DNA of 64,000 bases from Trichoplax sp. H2 (taxonomy: Eukaryota). Location: the NCBI GenBank assembly GCA_003344405.1, contig NOWV01000259.1, forward strand, positions 1-64,000. Direction: 5' to 3'. How positions within the stretch are numbered: the first letter of the stretch is position 1; every line of letters begins with the position of its first letter. Below are positions 13,209 to 26,390 of this stretch, piece after piece. The translations under genes and the position numbers were made by a program. The notes under the pieces were generated by a model that had not been told where the DNA came from, did not search any database, and saw nothing but the letters and a program-made list of their open reading frames with translations.

Positions 13209-13769
13209 TAATTTATCTACATAACTTGCATTACTACATTTTGTAGACTATGCTGCGGTAGAGAGTGAGGGATTAGGGAGCTATCTACAAAGTACAGTAA
13301 AGTTATTTGAGTAGAAGCACCTAGCCTTGCGGTTGCTGATAGTATATAAAGTAGCCATAAGACATAAGTAGAAGAACAGTGTAAGTTTACATAGTTAAAG
13401 ATTTCTTTGTACTGCCATGGTGCTTGTGATATGCAGCGATACAAAATAGAGAATATTACATATTATTAAAAGCGCTATCAGTTACCTTATAATTTATGTG
13501 AATCATTTTTGCTACAATTTAGTCAGTTTCATTGCATAATATATTAGTTTTTAGAAAACATCTACTTTTTGCTACTCCCTAAGTATTAAAAGGTCAATTG
13601 TGATATATTACTGGTTTTAAACTCGTGACCAAATTACTGATGAAAAATTTACCGATCAAATCGGCTGCGCTGACTTAAAAACGATATAGAACCGTCCAAG
13701 CGATTATACAGAATGACGTTATTTTAGCAGCACCGCTTTCGGTAAAGTTAATCAGTAAATTACATAAAA
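13209..13769 (+). repeat. Near-identical duplicate of 12071-13188 lacking the LTR (probable alternative haplotype)
   Basis: Starts right after the gap; few SNPs/indels versus the first copy; explains the twin spurious ORFs 11942-12223 and 13217-13444. Confidence 0.85.
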
Positions 13770-15775
13770 TCTTGGTCAGATTCCTAACTGTAGAATATGA
13801 ATGTAATAATTTTTCACTTCAAGATATCAAACATGCCTAAATTTCCTCTCTCAATAAACAATCAATGAAAATTTTACTAAAAAAAGCATAAAACAGAGCA
13901 ATGTCGAAGTGACAGAGATGATCATCAGTAAATTTATAATTATATTAAATTCTTTGAATCAGCCCTCATATCATTTTCAACCAATACTCCAACTGCAAAC
14001 GATTTAAATTAAGCAGATACGACGTTGTTCATAAACTAGATCATAACAAAACTTCTTCTGCTACTCTTCTGAAGGTTTAAAATGACACGAAAAATTTATA
14101 AGAGCAAATTTTGCTATTGTTTCTATGTCGATTTAAGATACCATATCATAGTAATAATAGATCTCCTAGGCGGTTGAAACTTCTAACAACAATAACAAAA
14201 GTTTATCAAAATCAAAGACTAAAAACTCACTTTACAAAATTAGCTTATTTGCTTAAGTGCGATGATACCTAACTTGTTTACAACATAACGATTTTGAACC
14301 CAATTCTTAGATTTTCGGAACATCACTTAAACCTACAAGGCTTAGTATGGGAACAAATTTCTGTAATTGATATTCCCTTCCTGGAAGCTGAAAACAATAT
14401 GTCTTAATAATTAAAAAAATCAATTGTACAGATCTAAAATTATTACTTTAACTATCCAACATTTATCATTTTTTTATTAAGTTACGTTTTATTTACAGCT
14501 GCACGATATGTCGATGCGCTCTAACATCTTTCTAACAAATTCTCTAAGCAGTGCTAACGTATGCTATTTCTAATCTACAGATGAACAGTGTAATGGTCTG
14601 GAATAAAATTTAGTACACAATTAATAATCAGCTATACCAATTCGTCATAGATTTCTCAATATCATGTAAAAACGGAAACAAATACTATAATTGCCTTAAG
14701 TGCTGTGAAATTCGCTATCCAATTAACTACAGTATCCAATAAACTATTTATAATTATTATTTGCTGTTTTTCAACCGAATACTGTTGGTAAGTTTTATTC
14801 CAGTTGAAATCCGCTTAAAATATAGCGCCGACCTGTCTATTTATTGCTTAGATGGTCGCATAATAGTTGCATTTCTTTGTAAAGTAAAAGTGATGCTTCC
14901 ATCTTTAAATGTCCAAAATTTATATTAATATGGTATTTCCTCACGATATGACGGAGCTGAAATTATTCTCTAAGTATGCAATAATTCTTTTCTATTCTAG
15001 ATTTATTCGATTACCGCAAATTAATGATTATATAATGCAATGTAATTCATGACTAGTAGTCCATGAAACCCTCCTAATATATTATGCCTATATTGAGGTC
15101 AATCCTAAAAATTAGATATCTTCAACATATGTATAATAATTATCATTATGACCAGTGATAACCTTTTATGTAGAGATATAGTACAGAAATAAAATTTTCC
15201 TTCTGAATGAGAAAATAATAGGGATGATAACAAAATAATAACGGACAAATTTTTTGGTTAGAGTATTCATAAAAAAATTTGGAAATGGAATCAATTACTC
15301 TTATCAGTAAATAAGTTAAGGGAACAAAACCTGTATTTCGTTAATAAGAACGGCAAGATAAATTAATATCATTCACTAAGGTTATAATTAAGGAAGTTTT
15401 ATACATCACATACACATAAGATGTCCATGTTCTATAAAATAAGGAAGATTTTATACCACTAATACATTTTAAGTGCATAATATGAGTGAATAGATAGTAA
15501 TTCCATTTAAACGAAGCAAAGTCAACCAACATTTACGGTAAAGTTGAGGGTAAGTCGCTTATTTCTTAGCTCAATTACAGTTTGTATTGTCAGCACAGAA
15601 ATCCTATTTCTGCCTTCTAATCAAATCGTAAATATACCGGTAGATTGCTAACCAAAATTGTTTTCAAGAATGTTTAAATAATATATCACAATTAAGTAAC
15701 TGCTAAAAAAATATTAAACAACCTAAGGTGAAAGCTGTCGAGTAAGTTCCAAAATAACATTAAAATCTAAATACT

Positions 15776-16447
15776 TGTGATAGTGTTATATACTGTACTA
15801 TATTAGAGTAGAAATATCTATGTTGGGATAATATTGCTTGCCTATCCTTATTTTGATAACTTCTAATTTGGATATAGTGTGCTTTAATATGGCACCGACA
15901 TTATGTGACAGTGAGATATATGTATACTGAAATTAATAGTCACATTAGGGAACGCGAATTATCTATCACAGTTCTAATCATTATGATTGTAACTTACTTA
16001 TGGTAGATTGTAAATTATCAAGGAAATGTTTCATGATAGGACATTTCGTAATCTGACTATTCTGTATTAGTCATCAGATGTCTATGTTCGTAAATACTAT
16101 TGTCTGTATTAGGGAGTAGTAGCTCAAATAAATATCTAATTTAGTGAATGATTCCAAAATTAATCGTACTAGCTATGACTCATGAGCTATTGAAGAAGAG
16201 TATATAAACGCAATATATCGTACTGTAACGGTGCTAACTCACTGTACCAAAATAGTACATGCAATAAAGTCAATTCTTATAATTAATGTTTAACGTAAAA
16301 TACGAGGCGTCTAAGCTTTTGTGTAGTCTACTAGTGGAGCAAAAGTGTTCCTGATAGTGCAGATATAGCATTCCTTAATACATGGTTCAAGGAATAGACT
16401 TATTGATCGTGCATTACGTTCTCGTGCTGCAAAGCTGTTTTATAACA
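15776..16447 (+). mobile_element. Solo LTR, family D (672 bp), TSD ATACT
   Basis: ATACT at 15771-15775 and 16448-16452; TATATAAA at 16201, AATAAA ~16263; homologous to 1296-2420, 1747-2229 and 27930-28542. Confidence 0.87.
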
Positions 16448-17952
16448 ATACTATACCAATATAATTCTAAATCTTCATTTATACGCAGATTTAAGACAGT
16501 AAAAGAACCTCATAAATTACAGATATTCTTGATGTGAACAATGTTCAAATAAAATCTAAAATTATAGTCCATGAGATCTGAATTTCCTATTACTAAATTG
16601 TCAACAGTAAAGATATTTCTATTCAAAATGTTCACGAATATCTTTATTTTTAATCTACAAGAATTCAATTGTAAATGACGAAGTTCTTATTTGAAAGTAA
16701 AAGCTATCTTTTGAAACTTTTAATACAATAATAATAGGAATATTATCTTCCAAAATATAAGCTTCAAAGAGATTTCTTTAGCCGGACAAGCCAAATTTAT
16801 TTATTTCGGAACAGACTTCTGCAGCTCAAAATATTCAGTGTAGAATTGACTACATGAAATTTTGGACTTGAAATAGTGGAGTGCTCTTTGATAACCATGT
16901 AAAATCTACTCTTATATACTGATATAATTGGTATATCATTCTTCATATTGTTAAAATTACCACGACTACAACATATGTAAGCAACATCTTAGGATAATTA
17001 ATAACTATTAACAAGATCATAGAATTCTTAAAAAAGTGATTTACTAAACATTAATACTTGCCTAGTATAATTTTATAGACAATATCAAAGATTTGAAAAA
17101 TTACTTTAGATATGGAAAATTATACACATGTAACAATTATCTATCACAGGGTGCTCTTATTTTACTCTAATGAAGATAAATAACTCAAATGGACGATTTT
17201 CCTTCCATTATTAAAAATATAAGCTCTGATTGTTGCTTGATTGCTACTGGTATGAATTGTTTACAAATATAATACTAAAAATAAATTGAGTGTAAACGCA
17301 AAGTCTATGATGCTGACTCAAGCAACGTAATTAAAAAAGACTGGAGTTCTACTTGATATTCATTTCTTGTGAGTTCATTTTTGGATCTATTATCAACACT
17401 TATAAATTTTAGCTATATGAACTTATACTTTCCAGAAATCATTTATAGCACCGTAGGAATTGATTCTAATCTTCGGATATTAATTTTTCCTCTGTAGGTA
17501 TTGATTAAAATATTTTTGAAACTTTTGGTCATTTGTTGCAGATACTACGTCCAAGATAAGCAGAAATTGTGCCGATACGCTATCGCGATTTGCGAGGAAA
17601 GTTTTAAGGTGTATGGGATTAATAAGAATCACAACCGTGTAGTTTATATCTCGGCTAAGATATACCAGGGGCAAGATAAAACATCGGAATAGGAAGATCA
17701 ATGCATGGAAATATCTTAAGAGAAGGAAGAAAAAATTGCATACCACTGACTACAAGTACAGTAAAACATTTGTTCTACAGTAAAGAGTCTAATTTTACTA
17801 GCATGAATGGCTAATGAAAAACTACTCGATTCGCTACAAAAAGTTTAAGCCGCAAGCCTGCATAATTCAGACAATATCATAATCTCAAAGAATTAGATTA
17901 CATATGGTATATCACGAAGCATTTTCAATTTCTACTAATCTTTCTCCATAAG

Positions 17953-18176
17953 TGTCACAACCACGTTTTTGTGACACAGGATCTCTACTTATCGTGTAAA
18001 ACTTAGCTAAGTACGGTACAATCCCGACACTGAACAAGTGCTACTGGAACTACGCTTCCTATTAGAACACTAACTCCTCGGGTGTGGGACTACACTTCTT
18101 TGACCGTCACTAGGTTACTCGATTACACAAGTAGTTGAGCGCAGGCTTTTGAACAGATAACTATCACTACAGTTTA
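17953..18176 (-). mobile_element. LTR U5 end running into the gap
   Basis: Starts with the hairpin TGTCACAA-N8-TTGTGACA seen at the 3' ends of other LTRs here; other end lost in the gap. Confidence 0.55.
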
Positions 18177-18196
18177 NNNNNNNNNNNNNNNNNNNN
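18177..18196. other. Assembly gap (20 N)
   Basis: Run of N. Confidence 0.98.
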
Positions 18197-18587
18197 AATA
18201 CATGGTTCAAGGAATAGACTTATTGATCGTGCATTACGTTCTCGTGCTGCAAAGCTGTTTTATAACTATACTATACCAATATAATTCTAAATCTTCATTT
18301 ATACGCAGATTTAAGACAGTAAAAGAACCTCATAAATTACAGATATTCTTGAAATCTAAAATTATAGTCCATGAGATCTGAATTTCCTATTACTAAATTG
18401 TTAACAGTAAAGATATTTCTATTCAAAATGTTCACGAATATCTTTATTTTTAATCTACAAGAATTCAATTGTAAATGACGAAGTTCTTATTTGAAAGTAA
18501 AAGCTTTCTTTTGAAACTTTTAATACAATAATAATAGGAATATTATCTTCTAAAATATAAGCTTCAAAGAGATTTCTTTAGCCGGAC
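18197..18587 (+). repeat. Near-identical duplicate of 16377-16787
   Basis: Matches the first copy apart from a ~20-bp deletion and a few SNPs; ends at GCCGGAC where an LTR retrotransposon begins. Confidence 0.85.
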
Positions 18588-18945
18588 TGTAACATTATGA
18601 TCTTATATAGAAGATGCCTAGTATAGTAATATCCTAATATACGAATACTTATCATATACCGTTTAAGTACTGTATTGTTTTACATTCATAATGTACGACA
18701 TCATGACCACATATAGACGACATGCTATACATATAAAGACATTATCTCAATCCCATCTAAAACCTATAAATACCCTTGTACGCTAACTCGTTAGTCAGTT
18801 CCTACATTCCTGCTATCTCAAATACCTTATCTATAACAACCCTATCATTGTTAGCCAGTAACTTGTATCTCAATAAAATCCTTTATACCTTCTATCATCG
18901 TCTACCTTAAAATACTTTTCGCTACTTAAAGAAGATAATATTACA

Positions 18946-18958
18946 TGGTGGTAGCGGT
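18946..18958 (+). promoter_or_regulatory. Primer-binding site, probably tRNA-Leu
   Basis: TGGTGGTAGCGGT directly after the LTR; one mismatch from TGGTGGCAGCGGT, the complement of a metazoan tRNA-Leu 3' end (recalled, not searched). Confidence 0.7.
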
Positions 18959-19058
18959 AAAAGCCTTCTCTACTCTCCTTCCAATTCTCGTAGTACATTG
19001 AACATATTTTTTTCTTTTCTTCATTCTCTACCCCTTGGTATACTCACAGTTCTTCATT

Positions 19059-19925
19059 ATGACTACTGCGAATAAGGAACATTTTACACTACCTCCTGTG
19101 ACGATGAGTTGGACAACTGGTGATGATGCAACGGCGCTGGAAGATTTTTAAGAACGATTAGCACGGTGGTTTCGCATCCAAGCAACTCCGCTTACTAAGC
19201 AATCGGACATTATTATCTTCGCGTTAGGTGATCATGGTGAACATAAAGCGCGTGGCTGGGGACTCACCCAAGACCAACTAAAAGATCCTACAAATGTTTG
19301 GTCACAGCTTGAAAAGACTGTTGGGAAAGCCAGCAACTTTCGCTATGAACGCTTGAAGTTTACCGCTATGAAGCAAACATCAAGCGAATATGTGGACGAA
19401 TTTCATAGCAGACTCAAAAATGCTGCTACACATTGTTACGAATTTACCTTAACATATATACCTGGTCAAAATTTAGTCATTCCAGACGCTCTATCAAGAC
19501 TGACGCCATTACCTGGCAATGAGATCACATTATCTCCTGTTATTCATAACATTACATGGTCAGATCACAAGCTTAATCTCATAGCGACTGAGACTCAAAA
19601 GGATGAAGAACTTACCTTATTAACTTCAGTCATCCAAAGTGGTTGGCCAGATACCATCAAACAATGTCCTAAACGTTTACGGAAATGGTGGACTCTAAGA
19701 GACTATCTAACTCTACAAGATGGCTACAAATTAAAACATGATCAAGTCATAATACCACGATCATTACATGAAGACATATTATCAAAGCTACACACTCCTC
19801 ATTACGGTATAGAAAAGACCAGAGCGTTAGCTCGAACATGTGTATATTGGACTGGTATCAATGATGATATTAAAAACCTTATCAAAGATTGTGTTACATG
19901 CAATACCTATATCAATTCCCTTTAG
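19059..19925 (+). pseudogene. gag fused to RNase H tail/integrase zinc finger, with a premature TAA at 19149
   Basis: ATG 19059 is in frame with ORF 19353-19925; single stop in ...ALEDF*ERLARWF; junction ...AATHC/YEFTLTYIPG. Confidence 0.8.
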
Positions 19926-20008
19926 ATTCGTTGCAACATTCCGATAATATTAATTCATTCTTATTTAATGAATTAATATTATCGGAATGTTGCAACGAGT
20001 CTAAAGGG
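19918..20008. mobile_element. 91-bp fold-back/MITE-like palindrome with CCC...GGG ends
   Basis: CCCTTTAGATTCGTTGCAACATTCCGATAATATT...AATATTATCGGAATGTTGCAACGAGTCTAAAGGG; ~42-bp arms, near perfect. Confidence 0.75.
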
Positions 20009-22340
20009 CAACTCAAGATTATAATGCCTATTCATAATTAAGAATAAGCGGCAGCTAATTTGTAATTCATAGTGAAGACTACGCAAATAATCTTGCATCT
20101 GTTCGCGAACAAAGTTGAAAGACATAAAGGCGAGATAGTTTTAAAAGAGTTCCAGCTCCCATTCAAAAGAAAACTGGTATCGATAACTGCTGGAAGAAGC
20201 GGCTATTATATTTGGATCATGGAAGTAAACAAATCTATAACGTAGCTAAATCATAATATTAGCACAATCACTTTATCAATGACTGGTAATAAAGTAAAAG
20301 AAGTCAAGGAAAATATTTACGGCAACCAAGACAATTTATAGCCATCGCGTCACCCCTTAAAATTTTTATCAGGTACCAAATACATTATAAGTCAATGCCA
20401 TGACTGAAATTGCGATACCAGTAAAATATATGATATGAGCAATCTTCTCCCTCTTTGACCCAGCAAATCTGTGTTATAACTTAATATGAAGTAGACTCCA
20501 CTCTTTTAATAGTTTTTTCGTACTAATATAATCGGTTCTGGCCTACCTTTTATCTACGGAGACATTTTTGATCCAGGTGCGCTATACAACCTAAATACAG
20601 TAATAGCAGTTTTAGCCTAGTCCAGTGCCACTCATGCAATTGATCGCTTAACCATTTTTTATTCATGAATGATGTATGTTCAATGTGTTATATAAATATT
20701 AAAAATAGCTAGCACTACGATAGGTCCCAAAGGAGATTTGTAACACTGCATAACAACTACAAAAGAAAAAATTCCCTCTAATATTTATGAGAAAATATTT
20801 GATAACATAATTGAATATCAGATTATCCGAGTAGACGATAATGATTTCAATTTATTTGCACAATTGAATTCAATTTCATAGCTACTGAAATCTTTTTAGA
20901 ATTGACAACGTCGAAAAAAGGCAAATAGTACCTTTATATAGATTGACATTTGCCAAAATCTTATTGTAATCGATCCTTTAATTTTGGTAAATTGATGGAA
21001 ATCTGACAAATTTCTTGACGTATCTAAGTAGTTTTTATCGTTAGATGAAGAATAAACTGCTGAATTTTTTAGAATCATTGACAGTTGTACTTTATATCTT
21101 CAGGACAGGTCACGAATTAATAGTTGTAGATAATTTTTATTCTGCATAAGTGGTTTACTACCCAAACATTCTTGCAATTGTATTATTTATAAACTCTATC
21201 TTATTTTTTTATGTAATTTCATTAATCAATGCTTAAACTAGAACAATATTTGTCATCTAGCCTAGCAACAATGTCATTAAGAAAGCGCATTAATAATATT
21301 AAATACCCTACAGGATTTAGAAATTGGAATTTGAACGTGCTACAGACAATAAAATTTTTATATGTAATTCTCTCCTTTACTATCTCATTATATTTATAGA
21401 AATGTGATGTTGAAATTAAAAAAAATAGTTCATCTGGTCTCTAGCATTTTTGTAGGAATGTTTGAATAACCTGTAAATTATGTCAATTATTCTGGTAAAA
21501 ATTTTAATTTAGTAGCTATTCAGTAGATGACAGACTTATCCATCTTTTGAATCAAAATTGTACTAATATTAATACACTAATCTTAGATTTCAACTATTTC
21601 ATTTATTTTTCATACAAAGATATTAATATATCCTAAATATTTAATTCATAAAAAGCTGTCTGAATTTCAATTAAAAATTTTATTATCATCTGCATATCTA
21701 ATTTTCAGAAAATGCAAACAAAGATTAAATGATAAAGTAGTTACTTGCTCTATCTATTTGGATAATTTAAGAGATTATGAGTACATTATAGATTCTTATC
21801 ATTATTACTATCATTAATAGTTTTTGTCTGCATTTGCAATTGAATTGATCTCCTTAACAATTGTCTGGAACGAGTATTATCCGTTATTAGGCTCTTTGTT
21901 AAACAATCATTCAATAAAATTTATTAATAGTTTAATAATAAATGTACCAACTAGTATTTATTACAGGCTCTCCTCAGAAATATTCCATTTGTATCTTCTC
22001 TGCTAATTAATAGGAGCATATAAAATTTCTCAAATATTCGACATTCGAAGAAGTGCTGGCCATAAAAGTCACCTCTACAATAATAATTTGAACTTACTTT
22101 TAATCTGGATTAGTTTGGACGATGAATCATATTTAACTAATACAATTAGGATTTGCTATTGTTTTCTACGTTGGCTGTTAACTTTAATAGTAATTAAAAT
22201 TCTGCGGTAACAGTAGCTATCAAATAAATCAACGATCCTGGTTTCTAAGTTATTTAAATTCTTGGGCATAATTGTTCAGCTATTCCATTCGTGATACCTT
22301 TTGTTAGAAGAGAGCTAGTGAGTTTATTGGAAGTGAAGTC

Positions 22341-23423
22341 ATGACTGGTTATCATAAAATTTTTGCGAATACTACATACGGTGATCATAGCCATCACGAT
22401 GATGGTGGTCATACTCATGGTGTGAATGGATTCCATGCAACATTCTACTGGATAGCGGCTGTGACAACTATTCCATTTTCTTGCATCGGTTTGATTATGA
22501 ATGTATTCCTCGCTTTCCTTTTCGTTAAGGATAAATTTTTTCATACTGTATCATATACTTTAATGCTGGTTTCCATTATTTCTGATTCTATTTCTAATTT
22601 CGCTGTTATAACAAATTACGTCTATTTATTGGGCACAAGTTTCGATCATAGCCATGGTGTTATATTATGCAAGCTAGTAAACTACTGCTTACTAGCATCA
22701 TATGGTATATCCATCTTAAATTTATCCTTAATCGGTATCACGCGCTATTTTGCTATTGTTAGACCTTATTGTTTATTTTACCGCAAATATAGACACAAAA
22801 TTATCCTGATAGCAGAATTATTCATTTGCATATCGGCATTATCATTAGCAATACCATCTCTATTTCATGTAGAAACCTATCACCAAGATGCCGTACTTTG
22901 TGGATTTATTCGCATTTCTAAATCTGTCTCAACTTACCTAATCACAATAGTGTTTTTCCTTTACTTATTACCCTCCATAATTATAGGCCTAGTCTATGGG
23001 AGAATTATTAAACATCAGCGTAAATATGTTCGACCCGGCCAACCAAGCAATGAAGAACAGGCAGATGAGCGAATTAGAAAACGTAAATTTATTAGGATGC
23101 TAATCAGTATTACATTGCCTTATATTTTAATCACCTGGCCATATTTTGTGACTTTGGCTGGATTTTCTATTACACATCGCTCCATGCGATACCTATTGAA
23201 TGAAAATAATGCGTTATTTGTGTTGGCATTTTGTAGCTTATCGATCACTTCTAGTATTACCGTATTGAATCCAATTTTCCTTTTAAAATTCGGTTGTTGC
23301 ATTCGTGGCAGAGTCGTCTTATTACTAAACAAAATGGGTATCACTGCGGCAGCAATTCAACCTGAAATTACTATTGTTGGAAATAAAACTACTATATCTC
23401 TATTAGAAAAAAGTAAATCCTAA
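22341..23423 (+). CDS. Intronless class A GPCR, paralog 2, 360 aa, His-rich N-terminus, non-canonical TRY and NPIFL motifs
   Basis: 7TM pattern and family motifs (ISD, LCK, YGRIIKHQRKYVRPG, TWP); full-length ORF. Confidence 0.92.
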   Translation: MTGYHKIFANTTYGDHSHHDDGGHTHGVNGFHATFYWIAAVTTIPFSCIGLIMNVFLAFLFVKDKFFHTVSYTLMLVSIISDSISNFAVITNYVYLLGTSFDHSHGVILCKLVNYCLLASYGISILNLSLIGITRYFAIVRPYCLFYRKYRHKIILIAELFICISALSLAIPSLFHVETYHQDAVLCGFIRISKSVSTYLITIVFFLYLLPSIIIGLVYGRIIKHQRKYVRPGQPSNEEQADERIRKRKFIRMLISITLPYILITWPYFVTLAGFSITHRSMRYLLNENNALFVLAFCSLSITSSITVLNPIFLLKFGCCIRGRVVLLLNKMGITAAAIQPEITIVGNKTTISLLEKSKS

Positions 23424-26390
23424 ACGAAACCGTAACATTTTTTTATTAACGTCATAAATCTACACATATCGTTTAACCAAAAATATCAATCTCGTTTACA
23501 TGAAATTATTACTAGTGATTCTTCAGTATAGTGAACGATTCTAGTAAAAACAGGATATAATTTCCAATAAAATCTTAATTTGGATATTTCTAAGACCAGC
23601 TAACTTGTTAGCTTTTCACTTAGGTAAATTATAGGTTTACAATAATTTAAACGTAGATTATCACATATTAATCATAACGTTGAACATAGCCTTCACATTC
23701 TTACGTGAATGAAAATGAATTTATTATAAAATGTAACATTAATCTAATAAGCTGCAATGAAGGTAATTTTTGAATCCTCCTTAATAGTAAATATTTCCTT
23801 TAGAATTGATTGTTACTTGTAAAAATTAAATAATATAGTGGTAGAGTTTATGCACACAATGTTATAATTTGAATAATGTTCTTTGATGGCTGAATTTATT
23901 CTAAAATTACAATAGCTGGTTTATTATTACTTCAGCTATATAAAACCGATTGCTTTATCTACTTATACCCCGTCTTGTAATTCATAAATGTCACCTTTTC
24001 CTAATTTTTATCGTATGCTGCATTCTGTAGATGTTGATTTTAACCGATTTTTATGCCGCTAAATTGTTAATTTTATGTGCTAACTATCTTAACTTTAACA
24101 TAATCTTACTAAAATTAATTTATTCATTGCTAGTAAGATAATTAAAGTAGGCAAGAAAATTAGTAATTTAGATACGTCCTTTTAATTAACGAAAAGAAAA
24201 CATTCCAAGTTATCCGTAAGAATTTTTATAAATGCCTAGTTCTTTCCATTTATTAATAACTGATTAAGGAACTGTAATCGAATTTCATCTCTACTTCATT
24301 TCAATGTTAAATCAGTATTTGGCTTATATGCATCATTTCTTTTATCCCATTGTTCAATTTATTTATTTTAGAGTTAATAATGATAGTTATCTTCCTGAAA
24401 ATCAGGTTTACTTTTGGCAATTATTTCCTAACCAAGTACACCTAAAATTTTCTTTTTCTATCTCAAAGCCACACTCAAATTGTATTAATAACTTCGATAT
24501 CATCATAAATATCTACTCACTTGTTACTACTATATACTGTCTTTTCACGTCAAGGATAATGATGATAGATGGACTACTTGCTCACAGACTCTAAAGTCAA
24601 TCTTAGCGTGTTCCATGTTCACTTTATCTATTTATTACTCATGGAGTGATTGGCCTTAGTATATATTATTAATCTTTAGGTGTGGCCATTTATATAGTGC
24701 AATTGTCTTCAATTAGTAATTTGAACATGAGTATAGCTGCATAAATTTGACAATGTTTAAGGTCTTCATAAACTAAGTCAATAAAGAGAGCGCTAAGAGG
24801 ATAAAAGATTATTAAATAAATTCTGATCTTCTTTTTCGTCGATAACTCAACTTCTATAGTTCGGTTTTGTGTTCAGTTACTCATAGGTAACTTTTTATTA
24901 AAAATTTAGGACTAAAAAACTTTCATCGCATAAATTCGTAGCTGATAACCATTACGCGTGCACGTAAAGCTTTAAAATAGATGCAATCTAGTTCTAGATT
25001 ATTAAACATAATTTGTATACATTTGCCAAGTTATTCTTTTTGATCCATTATACAAGCATATAAATCTTCTACATTAATTGGTTACATTAATTGGTCCCAA
25101 GTGATTTAAATCTTTAATCATAGGTATATTCGTTAAGATTTTTCATTATCATCAATTTGATATCAGATATAATTTTCTGACCAGAAAATATTAATTCAAA
25201 ATTCAATAGCCTATTGTGGCATTGGGGCAATTTCAATAACTCCAGAAAAGTTATTATTCCAATATTCGTATTTTGATATCCGATGATTGCTTTGAAATCG
25301 CATGTGTCATTGTAAAACAGTTTCTCTTACCGAATTTTTGAAATAAAAAGTTGCAATGACCACGTAATAGATTCTTGCTATTGCTGTAGCTTTGCTTACG
25401 TAATCCAAAATTTGAGAGAACAAAATTGAGCAATTCTCTAATGTGATCCACGAAAGCCAATACCGAAAAAAAGAGCCTAGAATAATAACATTTATTAGCA
25501 CGGCCGCCTATCGGAGAAAAATTTTGATTTCCTTCTCACACAAGAATAGTTAAAAATGACTAAGAAAAACTGGATAATACCACATAGTCAAATTTTACGC
25601 GCAAGTCACTTCCACACAAACTATACAAATAATCGCTTCCATTCTATAGCAAAGCAAAGGATATTATGTCTAATATTCGAATCTTATGGCCTATAACTAG
25701 CCTTAAGAGAGGAAATACAAATCTTCATTAGTTTTTAAATTATATCTTTAATATCAATTAACTATGTAATTTTAAACTTTAGTGATAAAATAGATTTCAA
25801 TCAAATCTGCAATGTTTGAGTTGAATAAATCCGCTGTATACGGCAAAAATTAGATCGATTAAACTGCTATTGCCACTGAATTGGACTATAGACAATGTCA
25901 ACCATAAAATTTATCAAAGATTCCAAATTGATAATAATTATAATTATTGAATACCGTTCATAAATATTCGGCTAACTAAAAGCTATAGTAATGCTGAGTT
26001 AACAGCTGTATGGATATCAGCTCATACCGTTAATATATACAGTAGGTATAAAAATCTAAAGCATTGAAAATACACTATTGCCCAATTCAGTTAATGTCAA
26101 TAAGTGAAATAATAATGATCAAATTCTGCAAAGAAAGTATTCTACAATTTTGGATTTTATCTAATATATTTGCGGATGCTTACTCTCATATTGGCAAAGT
26201 CTGATCAGCGATAACAGTCTGATCAGATATCACGATATCGCCGTTAAATATGTCAGGAGAAAATCAACCTGTGCTTGATTTTCTACTTTAAATTCGAACC
26301 GTATATTAAATTGGACGTTATATCGGTCGAAGCAATATACATATTTACTAATTTACAAATATTTTGCAATCATGTTAATTTATTACCACA

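Larger units (their letters stand above)
18588..19925 (+). mobile_element. Truncated Ty3/gypsy (Mag-like) LTR retrotransposon: 5' LTR, PBS, deleted gag-pol
   Basis: LTR 18588-18945 (TGTAAC...TTACA, TATAAATA ~18766, AATAAA ~18872); PBS TGGTGGTAGCGGT; gag motif Q...E.VDEF..RL...A..C; RNase H tail YIPG..LVIPDALSR; integrase zinc finger H..HYG...W......I...C..C; no 3' LTR. Confidence 0.9.

Noticed and set aside
11942..13444. Twin ORFs sharing YILSATARLGASTQIT as a duplicated gene
   Set aside because: They come from the gap-flanking duplication and differ by frameshifts; no sign of coding constraint.
13780..17470. Possible decayed protein-coding remnants in 13.8-14.6 kb and 16.5-17.5 kb
   Set aside because: Only short, stop-riddled frames with no motif I can name; needs a translated database search.
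19918..20008. piggyBac assignment for the CCC...GGG fold-back
   Set aside because: No TTAA flanks; superfamily left unassigned.
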